A stretch of DNA of 64,000 nt from an uncultured virus (IMG/VR IMGVR_UViG_3300021400_005359) (taxonomy: Duplodnaviria > Heunggongvirae > Uroviricota > Caudoviricetes): the IMG/VR virus record IMGVR_UViG_3300021400_005359, one strand, 5' to 3'. The notes below the pieces were generated by a model. It was not told the origin of the DNA and did no database searches. It worked only from the letters and a program-made list of their open reading frames with translations. The first letter of the stretch is position 1. Each line of letters opens with the position of its first letter. A program made the translations under genes and the position numbers. This document shows, piece after piece, positions 51,901-59,343 of the stretch.

Positions 51901-54176
51901 TATAGAGACAAAGATAAAACTTCTTCAGGGTATTCCATTATAATGTTAAACATCGCTTCAGTATTTTCCCCATAATATTCGTCACCAACAGATTCTTTCT
52001 CTTCATAATCTTCACCATAATTTTCCAAACTATGTTCTTCTGGAGTGAAAGCATCTATAACTGAACTTGCAATACTTTTCTTAACTCCATTTATTCTGTT
52101 GTTTAAAGAATCTATAATATTTCTATCTGCATATAAAGTTAAATCATCTTGATGAGATAATATATAATCTCCCCAACCATCAACATATTCTTGTCTATTT
52201 CTATAAGCTTCTGTAACTGTTTTAATCTTATAATACTTGTAATTTATAAGATTTTGAGAACTTACAGCAATCTCATCATCTTCTCCTGTAAGCTGAACAG
52301 TTTGAACGTGTCTTTTTGGATATTTATTAAATGCTTTTCTAATTCTTATTTCATCTTTTTCTCTAGGTTGAAAAGTCTTGGTTCCATCTTCTTCTGTAAC
52401 ATAAGCAGGCTTATCTGTAGGAAGTCTATAACCATCAGGAATGGTAATTACAAGCCATTCTCCATCTTCCGTAACCTTTTTAAAGTTAGAAGAAAAAGTA
52501 GTATAAGGATTAGTATTTACAGATGTACTAAATGTGTCAGAAATAACTCCAGTATAAACATCTCCAGTAAATACATAATCATCACCATCTCCTGCAAGTC
52601 CATAACTGTTTACAGTTACCTTATCTTCCACATAAAGAGCATCATAGTCATCTGTTGTTTGATTTGTTAACCAAGCCCATAAATCACTTATAGCATCTTT
52701 TATACTTCCAAGCCAACTATCTAATACAGTTTCATCTACGTGAGTAGAATCTAATGCAATTGACCAGTCACTAGCTTTTCCACCAGTCATTTCATAGAAA
52801 AGTCTAACTTTTTCAATATCTCCAGTTTCATCATTTACAATTGTTAAGTATTCACTGTTATATTCATTATCAATAATCCCTTCATCAGTTATATCAAATA
52901 CTTGACCAGTGCCATCATTGTAAACTTGATAATAATCTTTTTTATAAACTGCGTAATCCCAAACAAATGGTGAAGGCCAAGAAATAATAAGCCCTTCTTC
53001 ATCATCACTTACAGTCCCAGAAACAGAAGAACCATAGTAATTTGAAGCATAATAGGATTCATTTATATTTCTTAAAACTTTTTCTTTATCAAGACCAACA
53101 TCGTCTGGAGTTACTCTCTTAGTTGTATAAGTGTAATCTTTCCAAACATATCCCACTTTACCATCTTCAACAGTCTTAAATAAATCAATTCTGTTAAAGT
53201 CAACTGTATAAGCAAGAGGCTTTGTAAACATTTCAGGATAGTGTAACTGATTGTTCTTATAGTTACCCATATCTTGAACATATGTATTTGCCTGTCTTAA
53301 GAATTGTTCAGAAAGAATAAAGTTGGTTTCTTTATCAAACAAATCTCTAAAATATCCTTGAACAGCATCTCTATTACCATTTGAAGTATCTAAAGTATTT
53401 GCCTGAATAACATTTGTCATTGTATTAAAGTTTGCATCGTGAGCAGTTTCTCTGTCATCCATAGTATAGAAACCAGTAAAACCAGCTTGTGCATCTTTAG
53501 CAGCTTCTTTATAGCTCTTACCATATTTTGTTTGAGCTTCTTCCAAATTAGGAACTGCAAAACCTAAGAAATCACTAATTTCTGAATTCGCAAATCTTTG
53601 ATAATAAGAAGTTTCTGCAGTTCTAGAGTAAACATTTTCAAGCATTGTTTCTTTGTTTTTAACTTGTTGGAAAAGTTCAGTATCATAATAATCAGCCTTA
53701 TTAAATCCATAACTAAAAGAAAATAGATTTGTAAGGCTTGGCCAAAGGTTAACAAAGAAAACAATTGCGGCAATTACAACAATAGCAATCACACCATAAG
53801 GCCACATAACAGCGGCTAAAGCCTGAATTAGCTTTGCAAAAGCTTTTATAATTACTTTTGCCAGTTTCATCAAAAGCTTAGCAATTTTCTTTTTTATTTC
53901 ACCTTTGATTTTCTCTTGAATCTGTTTAGCTACATTATCTGCAAAATGTTCAGCTTCTTGAACGATTTGCTTTGCATTTGTTCCAACTTTGGCAGAATTG
54001 GTATAAAGAATGTAAAGAAACTTAATTAATCCCCAAAAGCTAGGATTTTCTTTTAATTCATTTGTAGCTTTTTTGATATTACTTATCGCATCTTTCTGCT
54101 CTTGAACTTTTTGGTTCATACTAGAGAAAACTCTCTTAGAAGCAGATTTTAATAGCGAAATAATAGGATTTGCCAT
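42975..54176 (-). CDS. Giant (3733-aa) membrane-anchored cell-wall hydrolase: degenerate SGNH + SLT lytic transglycosylase + NlpC/P60 (VirB1/CwlT-like)
   Basis: TM WPYGVIAIVVIAAIVFFVNLW. SLT LDPALVMALIMVESGGNP...GRGLAQ...YCTKILSFY (about 44200-44750). NlpC/P60 AMTYLGAHYSQG...FDCSSF...GDLLVSSGHTIVWIG...YIHS (about 43370-43890). Confidence 0.85.
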   Translation of the reverse strand: MANPIISLLKSASKRVFSSMNQKVQEQKDAISNIKKATNELKENPSFWGLIKFLYILYTNSAKVGTNAKQIVQEAEHFADNVAKQIQEKIKGEIKKKIAKLLMKLAKVIIKAFAKLIQALAAVMWPYGVIAIVVIAAIVFFVNLWPSLTNLFSFSYGFNKADYYDTELFQQVKNKETMLENVYSRTAETSYYQRFANSEISDFLGFAVPNLEEAQTKYGKSYKEAAKDAQAGFTGFYTMDDRETAHDANFNTMTNVIQANTLDTSNGNRDAVQGYFRDLFDKETNFILSEQFLRQANTYVQDMGNYKNNQLHYPEMFTKPLAYTVDFNRIDLFKTVEDGKVGYVWKDYTYTTKRVTPDDVGLDKEKVLRNINESYYASNYYGSSVSGTVSDDEEGLIISWPSPFVWDYAVYKKDYYQVYNDGTGQVFDITDEGIIDNEYNSEYLTIVNDETGDIEKVRLFYEMTGGKASDWSIALDSTHVDETVLDSWLGSIKDAISDLWAWLTNQTTDDYDALYVEDKVTVNSYGLAGDGDDYVFTGDVYTGVISDTFSTSVNTNPYTTFSSNFKKVTEDGEWLVITIPDGYRLPTDKPAYVTEEDGTKTFQPREKDEIRIRKAFNKYPKRHVQTVQLTGEDDEIAVSSQNLINYKYYKIKTVTEAYRNRQEYVDGWGDYILSHQDDLTLYADRNIIDSLNNRINGVKKSIASSVIDAFTPEEHSLENYGEDYEEKESVGDEYYGENTEAMFNIIMEYPEEVLSLSLYGYERELVRDQQENDVWVWNYSVNNYFKTDNDKMDGYEYFQKYFYLYEELKHNKSFLESAILDNITDEYNTDRPWYTKEIDVSSLENQLINGIETKGGLISPYVTGKSRHEVFWDEVNGFALDNLFNPLSFVNTISAIGKNIKHGYLQIMGKEVNQEDLADILEKITGKMHTAYLNLGTIRKSAEEGESGDDSSGSSMYSYIPSYNPTTASETQYVIGMDITGKNRAGEGSLISTFYLNDSLYEEAITYSYLTSPGSLPDEDTETSFTFTNEAEAIKGAWTEFKEKVSAWWNDTEYTAIGENWGEHTLTFPYNAEEHNHYQYEYYITSSPQANHSGVYNSNGVDRKNELPLEVRSVRDYGLASILNYVDSITVEFYSGAWYDEVYLRKEIGEGLYSAYADVYSTYSFSEGHDDWFNKTSSSVSLKGEMAGKAISGDNADYAKAVSIIGNGYYPKEMREDASDYIVELFEQNNKKHLFTDLVDSIDAKIFEVTNEYDQVLWDEEKHGELKIADKTFNLLTDDFYNLDKDTAVDNIGFNVDVMNDALVGGTATFRLLNKEGNPIGADDYDFEANQIYRITNDDSKFYYYMPEIKLPYEKEGITDEPNRIIQLLIPKRYYRNWVKTLSLDNTNGSDWPLEKVYEMSLLERIRTLILRKNVLVPDGIKKKEVSYLKTADVSLPSSNIDAILRGLSTVTTGYSVGPEKEFTQANLANPYGSGDWPNTINPYESQYEYNAGKDDGNAVTGYYGRSPWQTYSKTNNKTDNYTFGNAMSTVSMSQGSGDSATQITGYYTGDGRIETTQPSWWFGINAQRFDKHGNEIKYTDANGYDLSEKQYYEYILDTYSSKNFRSGINRFDFITDSDVEKVFVIDEVATFTGRFMYTYKDTLLPTGDSLDPDSTKGILSAYAMDRYVFLDSWDIKLLTEQIIDVSFMWMNVQPTVDGATVSSYIKTHNENIVSGQESSGNFVLDVINAVKTALAKFVNQLKSDFANNSWYDQFYDNAFLYAVPASMVDELKSYNGDDSNHWESDSQIRKEIESYTNMIFSGFVFMDTNLPDAFKHTFDGVHSDFSDDTYNETFDLLSNKIEYQMDEAIVNGMANDAIASMGGYSAESFIANANTEHTDSNGTVINTPMSDDEANQIKEAWNRLANAYDSDEVNSAIYDILSVPYLAPCLKYEGTGAMGVYREFSEGHPYEDLLGQCQTFTVDDGNGNQVPISEDQAAECAVTFYKAHAMGWLSAMAEAHSYGFANYDWPYEAPSPSLLDMAKEAINNLAASIADALLQLCTGFRITSQEFSLCAKVDMDYVGIHISSDGVDSGLDLSTYKTEMTNKILPSLFNRYIKLMGYKEEGESIFGGFDFDFEVYEGGNWITPDDGSGKAKCYANIYTYSLKCSDEIANKVKDGRYYSYVSSLNLDFNQDNNVKADIEHIDDFTFVKDWKISNSMVSSTYYGSLVNVRAEQILEDIKGKGIYDNEITISNYNGAGDYKTSLENLWRPQVKIFDNFQNLNEKEIGYGKDSMKELLYGAYLKNNGAAIEGNINISTDSAVDSSGNYKNGVHLHRVDGTANSQTGFFFRFIQNSIADTGIRDALINIKPKDAPMGFKLWESQESKSFTPDEDTSREEEVFQDKFNDVYIDNKVAAINPIEVLYGDTNSSTGTSDKADKFVAFLNQTYGETVRNIVNSAHYAFDDGHVEHPRETEDFAITGFVLVPRLTDRRDEPTLYPLYRYYGGTKKKIIPEEQVKYFEGLTYDSWKNKMTITESSPVEKIERYTEEMDRLSNYIYSYFENFESYVPYNIITDSDLEIRGTAGYADLLTQYTLYPVQTIAYTNLFTAEANKPYWNDICQAFNIPNSVIAQLLQGISETKLKYLPEDAAALMDYEGIADYSNDLTEEISSKTRELIGASRGKADDPNFFSHLQITTKDGNLIPIVGIMAIDNFKDKDMSTDVPEEFDSSTSHSGPEDIVTGAYMISDHSGATACNGLGGIITGSSAQDLYGQLGSIPEDTEKIIISLSAKDLESTGTPDTGIDTVYIRRLIKAATKAAPNAKLYFLPVTPVKGNNDDGTGGYNPSPWTAETLNAAVETANRIIKEYIEENIPNGEYVFDAVDSVLADDASLKSSYSSDMVNLNSSGFSALVSRAKDYKVEDDIPPEDKDKSTWVFPPASSETMKPYEIAFDIYHSDPGLAEDAKADTITDGRLVMEDAIQYASVRLYKSTKSLGDLLKAVYASFYSDKFVKALIVVTEDNATNRMRNAEHGLWYRPTDEDIQAAFELLNDADRDNINWRDVQGGDLHEIYGINRLQEAFSYITNQDYRKLLVTYSMNSGGSASGLEGIMLDDAWDIGANADATRAAANKQISGTSLVDGRRYSATMIDYITQVCSNFSTPEKPLDPALVMALIMVESGGNPDIKQYGGGPGRGLAQHSIVNGDLKASATDKNGQKVSITFNYSQAFDPMASIDYIVMNYAGTLQNASYDMHPLTAIKTHNLPVTLDARLEFSDEYPLTPEGDLQYLYNYENGLEYQGYKRTHQMAGSAAARAASVSEAEYRTKIPMGENFGYGCPRYCTKILSFYAEEFANGDLFSGVMSTGNKRDYSEEIWEEEYLKYENSGVELLSGNVNADDVDNLIKMTANYRNNNTEAADYSYTYLDFFREEPSVQKGSNEFTGEMGDSLILNAMTYLGAHYSQGRAKDAWNGVVYSRTSHAENLGGGPYATPWGANSYGEGTFAAGNKWAFDCSSFGAQMYAAMGYNLTVSTCSTYNANFGDLYVGNAAALLAQGQLKTGDLLVSSGHTIVWIGDYTTNYGGLFDDSTLRILGNQIIRRSGTEVLSFANSNVNGSQRAYIHSGGYRGGGSCVNIKDGSTGYLAGFSVYRFFRDDLDYNQSSLSAVSPLLCPTIFTKTTLKNNPYLVEYMEDSGILEAEMAKGQFDAEDVAEAQAKINSVRGDTKSDSEYDMDEYDMSDEMLKDKKAIKDDASYF

Positions 54177-54391
54177 ATAGTTTTTATGCGAAAGAAAAAA
54201 TCTTTCTTATCTCCTTTCAAAGACTAATAGTAATAAAATATCTATCTATTTATTATATTCTTATTTAAACTTTCAATAATTTAAATAAAGACATTTTTAC
54301 TAAGTTTATTTTAGAATATACATATAAAAACCCATTTTTATAAAAAAATAAAGAAGAAGAGCTAAGCTCTTCTTCTCTATTTTAATTTTTA

Positions 54392-57300
54392 TTATCTTTC
54401 AATGCCACCAACTTCTGTTTGAACAGGTTTCTTTTGTGTCGAATTATCAATTCCTTTATTTTCTTTAGCCTTTAATTGTTCTTGAAGCTGTCTTATAAGT
54501 TCATCTTTTGCATCAAGTTTCTTTTGAAGGTCACTAACATTTTTATTAGCTTCCTTAGTTTCAGCCTCTTGAATTTTTAAAGCATCTCTTAATTCTTTAA
54601 CTTCAACATCTTTTTTTGCTTTTCTTGCCTCTTCAAGCTTTTTAGCACTGTCTATATCTTCCTTTGAAACAATTTCTTTTATAGCATCTTTGTATTCATC
54701 TCTTAAATCATCTAAATTAACAAGTTTTGCCATATCAGAGTTATTAATACTATCTTTTAATGACTCAAGAATTTCATCAATTGAATGGTCTGAAGTTTTT
54801 CTATCAAAATAGTCATTAACAGCGTAAACATCTAACTCATTATTTATAATAGCTCTTATTAAATCAACTTGTTTTTCATATGTACTATTACTGCTTATTT
54901 GATTTATTGTTAAAGGCATTTCATCAACTTTAAATTCATAAGGATTAGCATTTTTTGTAATATCAATTACAGGTTTTAATAATTTATTTTTCTTGTAACC
55001 AATTACATTTTCTAAATTATCAACAACGTAATCAACATTATAAATATTAGAAGAATCAATTCCAATGTTATGAACATCAGACAAATCTAAATCTTTAAAA
55101 TCATCTAAAAGTAAAATAGATGAACTGTCTCCATAACTTTTTAGAACTTGTTTTAAAGCATTTGCACTTTCGTCACTTAATTTAATAGAAACTTCTCCAT
55201 TTATTTTATCAAAAATTTCTTTTTCACTTAAATCTTTATTATCTATTAAATTAGAAATTTCAGAACAAATCTTTTTAGCTTCTAACCCTTTAAAATCTTC
55301 TTTCTTTAAAAATGCTTCTCTCTTTTCAAAGTTTTCTTGATTAATATAATCAATTAATTGTCCAAGTTGCTTAGATGTTAAATTGTAAGAAGTATTTTCT
55401 CCAATTTCAATCTTATAAGAAATTCCATTTTCTTGTAAAGATTTAAATAATTCTTCTGAAGCTTTTGTTTCTAATGGAACAAGATGAAAATCTTTGTCAA
55501 TACACATATTAACAGCTCCATTTACATTTGAAATATTATATACCTTGTTTTCTTCTAAAGAACTATCTAAAAGTCTTTCTGATTCATCATAGAAAGCATT
55601 TACATTTTTAGCTATTTTTAATATATTTTCTTTATTTCCAACTTCTTTAAAAGTAGACTTTAATGCAGAATATAAAACAGTATTACTAGATTCACCAATC
55701 ATAAAGTCTTTAGCTTTTTCTTTATCATTAAGATAAGCATCAACGAAAGAATTAAAATCATCTTTTGAAAGTTCTTTTAAAGCAGAAGTTAATGTTAAAA
55801 ATCTCTTATTAGATAAATCCTTGTCTTCAAATATTTCATTTGTAGTATTTTTTAACTGTTTAATTGTAGGAGCAATTTTATCATATACATCTTTTGTATA
55901 TTCTTCATTTTCCTTAAGGTCATTTTCATTTTGCATAGAGAATTCAAGGTCTTTTTCTAATTTTTCTACAATTTGAGAATATCTATCATTAACAAACGTA
56001 GTATAATCTCCTATAGTCATTAAAATTTTTTCATTTTCTCTTCTATTCTTATCCAAATCTTCTATGCTTTCTATTAATTCTTCAGTAGATATATCTTTGT
56101 TATCAGAATTTGAAAGATGGAAAAACTTTCCAATTTTGTTTACGAAACCAGAATTTTTTTCATTTTTATTTTCACTTTCATACTCTTTTTCAACTCTTTC
56201 AACTAAATCTTTCTCAAATAAAGCAATTTCGTTTTTAATATCAGTTAATCTTTCATTATGTTCATTTTTAATACCTTCAAGTTCTCTATATTCTTTAGTG
56301 TTTTGTTTTTCTTCATCTTCTAAATTTCTTAAATTATTATTAATTTTTTCAATTAAATCTTCTTCTTTATCCCTAACTTTGAAATAAGATTTAAGAACAT
56401 CTTCTTCTTTTACCTTCTCATATTCAGAAATATTTTCAATATTAGAGAAAATATCCTTCTTATTTTTTAATTCTTCAAATTCAAGTTGTTTATCAATATA
56501 ATCTTTATTGTATTCAGAAATAGATTTTCTTAACTCTTGAAGTTTATCATCTATAGATTTAGTATCTGCATTAGAATCTTTTTCTAATTTTTCTGCTCTC
56601 TTTTCTTCAAGTTCATCTTTTTCTTTTTCTTTTTGAGATATTTTATCGTCAAGCTCCTTTAATTCTTTATCTAATTTATCAATTTGTTTGTCAAATGTTT
56701 TTGAAAATTCTTCAATACTATTTTCTTGTAATCTTTCTAAGTCTTGAAGAGCCTTATCTAATGAATTAAAGGTTTTTTCAGGTTTAATATAAAGAGCTTT
56801 AGTATTTTTATCTCTAGCAACTTCATATCCTAAGAATTTTTCATCAATAACAACAATCTTTTCAGCTAAAGCTTCTTTAAGGTCTTCATTATTTCTTATT
56901 TTCTCAATTACTTCTTGATTTAAAGGATATTCTAAATTCAAAGGAATATCTTTCCCACTATCAACACAATCATAGATTGACTTTAAAGATTGTCTAACTT
57001 TTAAAACTTTCAAAACATCGATATTTTTACCATCTTCAGTAAAGAAAATTTTATTCATTAAATCTTTTCTGTCTTCATATTTATTTTCTGGGTCAAAAAG
57101 TTGTTTTCCTAAACTTTTGCCATCCAAAAATCTAGAAGTATAATTATCATCAACAATATTATAAATTAATTCTTCTAATTGCTTTTTAGAATCTTTATCT
57201 CTAACTCTGTGATTAACATCATCACTAATAGATTTCATAATTCCTCTAGCAGCAATAATATGTTCATTATGAGTAACTACGTCATTATTATTAGCTTTTA

Positions 57301-59245
57301 CTGTATATTCAGAATTATTCAATAATTCAACAAAAGGTTCAATAACCATATCTAAAGATTCTTTGTTTTGCAATGAATCATTTTTATTTATTAAAGTTTT
57401 TAAAGCTTCAGAATCGTATTTACCATTTACAAAAATCTTTTTAAGTTCTTCATCGTTTTTTATTAAAACGTCTTTGCCATCAACATTTCCTTTACTAAAG
57501 AATATATTATTTAAGGTTTGGTAACTCTCTTCAATAGTTTTTCTTTGTTTTTCATCTAAATCTGAAAGAGTAGACATAAATTTTCCAATATTTTTATTAG
57601 AATTTTCTGAAAACTCCAACAAATCTTTTGTTGTTTCTTCTGATAAACTTTGTTGAGAAACTTCCATAATCTTCTTTAAAAATTCATCAAAATTCATATA
57701 TTGATAATTTTCGCCAAGCAAAGCTCTTCTTTGAGATTCTTGAATATTATTTAAATAAGTATCTTTAATACCGCAAGTAACTTCAAGTTTATATTGAATT
57801 TCTTTTAAACTCCTAATGTTTTCCATTAAAGAAGGAATATCTCTCGACCTTAAATTTTGAGATTCTTTTTTTATGTAATTTGCTTGGTCTATAACAGCCT
57901 TTTTGCGAACATCTAAAAGAATCATATCTGTTGTTTCTTCTTTTTTAAGATAATGACTAATTTCTTTCTTTAAATCATCGTTTTGACGAAGAATTGTTGT
58001 TGAAGAAATATCATCTCTTTGATTATATTTAAGTTCTTCAAAATTTTTAAAATTGCTATGTAAAAAAGTTTCAAAGTTTAAATATTTATCGCCTTTTTTT
58101 CTATGCCAATCAGTCATACTTGCATCATTTAAACCGTTTTTAGAGAAATAATCATAAAGAATTTCAATCTTTTTTAAATTCTTTTTATAATTTTCTTCTA
58201 CCGAAGAAACAATTCTATTATATTCTTCGATTTCTTCTCCTTTTGCTCCTTCAAATTTTTTCTGTTCTAATTTCTTTATTTTTTCCATATCTTCTTTAGA
58301 AATTAAACCAATAGATAAATCTTCTTGGAGTTCTTTAAGTTCTTTTTTTAAATCCTTATAAGAACGAGAATCTATATTAGCTTTAAGTTTTGGACCTAAA
58401 CCAGGATATTGTTCATAAGACAATCTCCATCCAAATTCTTCTAAAACAGATTCATAGTCTTTTTGATAACCATCAATAAAATCTAAAAATGATTTTTGTT
58501 TATCACCCCTAATATTTTTTTCAGATAAAACTTTCAAATCATTTCTAGTTCCAAAATTTATTAAAGACGTTTCACATCTAGATAAAAAAGTCTTATCATT
58601 CGTACATATATTATAACGCCTTAAAATCGAATCTCTTTCAGAACTCTTAGAATAAGAATCTATTTCTTCTTTATTTCTTAAATAAGAATCATTATAAGAA
58701 TTTAAAATATCTGATAAATAAAAAGAAACACTTTCTTGCAAACCGTTTTCTTCAATATAATTAACCAAATTCCTATAATTATCTTCCTTTTCTTTTTTAA
58801 AATTATCAGGAATCATCTCTGATAATTTTTCCCAAAAGAAATCATCAAGTAATTTCTGCAAATCTTGATAATTATTATTCAAATTATCCATCATTGTACG
58901 TTCTTTTAATTTTATCTGATTAGAATTAGAAGCAATAATATTTGTATAAGGAGATTGAAAAGAAACAATATTTTTCCCATCATCATCGAAGCCTATTACA
59001 AAACTTGGATGTTTTTCTCCATTATTTGTTACAAACGAAAGATTTTTCTTATCACTTGCATTTATAGTAAAATCTTTACTCCATTTAAAACCTTCTGTTT
59101 CACTAAAATCAATATCTCTCAAAACTAATGCAAAATCTTTTTTATTTTTTGAATGTAAATTTAAATCAACTTTTAATTCCTTTTCTTTTTCAAATCTTTC
59201 AGACCCATAAAGATTTGTTTTTACTAAATCATTTTTATAAGACAT
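54392..59245 (-). CDS. Large (1617-aa) K/E/N-rich coiled-coil protein
   Basis: Long heptad-like stretches (DKLDKELKELDDKISQKEKEKDELEEK; LQKKLDAKDELIRQLQEQLK), no TM, ends EVGGIER. AGGAG SD. Confidence 0.75.
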   Translation of the reverse strand: MSYKNDLVKTNLYGSERFEKEKELKVDLNLHSKNKKDFALVLRDIDFSETEGFKWSKDFTINASDKKNLSFVTNNGEKHPSFVIGFDDDGKNIVSFQSPYTNIIASNSNQIKLKERTMMDNLNNNYQDLQKLLDDFFWEKLSEMIPDNFKKEKEDNYRNLVNYIEENGLQESVSFYLSDILNSYNDSYLRNKEEIDSYSKSSERDSILRRYNICTNDKTFLSRCETSLINFGTRNDLKVLSEKNIRGDKQKSFLDFIDGYQKDYESVLEEFGWRLSYEQYPGLGPKLKANIDSRSYKDLKKELKELQEDLSIGLISKEDMEKIKKLEQKKFEGAKGEEIEEYNRIVSSVEENYKKNLKKIEILYDYFSKNGLNDASMTDWHRKKGDKYLNFETFLHSNFKNFEELKYNQRDDISSTTILRQNDDLKKEISHYLKKEETTDMILLDVRKKAVIDQANYIKKESQNLRSRDIPSLMENIRSLKEIQYKLEVTCGIKDTYLNNIQESQRRALLGENYQYMNFDEFLKKIMEVSQQSLSEETTKDLLEFSENSNKNIGKFMSTLSDLDEKQRKTIEESYQTLNNIFFSKGNVDGKDVLIKNDEELKKIFVNGKYDSEALKTLINKNDSLQNKESLDMVIEPFVELLNNSEYTVKANNNDVVTHNEHIIAARGIMKSISDDVNHRVRDKDSKKQLEELIYNIVDDNYTSRFLDGKSLGKQLFDPENKYEDRKDLMNKIFFTEDGKNIDVLKVLKVRQSLKSIYDCVDSGKDIPLNLEYPLNQEVIEKIRNNEDLKEALAEKIVVIDEKFLGYEVARDKNTKALYIKPEKTFNSLDKALQDLERLQENSIEEFSKTFDKQIDKLDKELKELDDKISQKEKEKDELEEKRAEKLEKDSNADTKSIDDKLQELRKSISEYNKDYIDKQLEFEELKNKKDIFSNIENISEYEKVKEEDVLKSYFKVRDKEEDLIEKINNNLRNLEDEEKQNTKEYRELEGIKNEHNERLTDIKNEIALFEKDLVERVEKEYESENKNEKNSGFVNKIGKFFHLSNSDNKDISTEELIESIEDLDKNRRENEKILMTIGDYTTFVNDRYSQIVEKLEKDLEFSMQNENDLKENEEYTKDVYDKIAPTIKQLKNTTNEIFEDKDLSNKRFLTLTSALKELSKDDFNSFVDAYLNDKEKAKDFMIGESSNTVLYSALKSTFKEVGNKENILKIAKNVNAFYDESERLLDSSLEENKVYNISNVNGAVNMCIDKDFHLVPLETKASEELFKSLQENGISYKIEIGENTSYNLTSKQLGQLIDYINQENFEKREAFLKKEDFKGLEAKKICSEISNLIDNKDLSEKEIFDKINGEVSIKLSDESANALKQVLKSYGDSSSILLLDDFKDLDLSDVHNIGIDSSNIYNVDYVVDNLENVIGYKKNKLLKPVIDITKNANPYEFKVDEMPLTINQISSNSTYEKQVDLIRAIINNELDVYAVNDYFDRKTSDHSIDEILESLKDSINNSDMAKLVNLDDLRDEYKDAIKEIVSKEDIDSAKKLEEARKAKKDVEVKELRDALKIQEAETKEANKNVSDLQKKLDAKDELIRQLQEQLKAKENKGIDNSTQKKPVQTEVGGIER

Positions 59246-59343
59246 ATCTTTATCTCCTATATAAATCTTTTTTTATATATTACTATATTTTTGTAAAAAA
59301 AATAAGAGAAGTTAAATATTTAACTTCCCTTATTTTCATATTT

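Noticed and set aside
42975..54176. Phage tape-measure protein / jumbo-phage interpretation
   Set aside because: SLT+NlpC/P60 C-termini occur in tape measures, but no tail, baseplate or capsid genes are nearby, whereas VirB4 and VirB6-like genes are. Kept only as an analogy.
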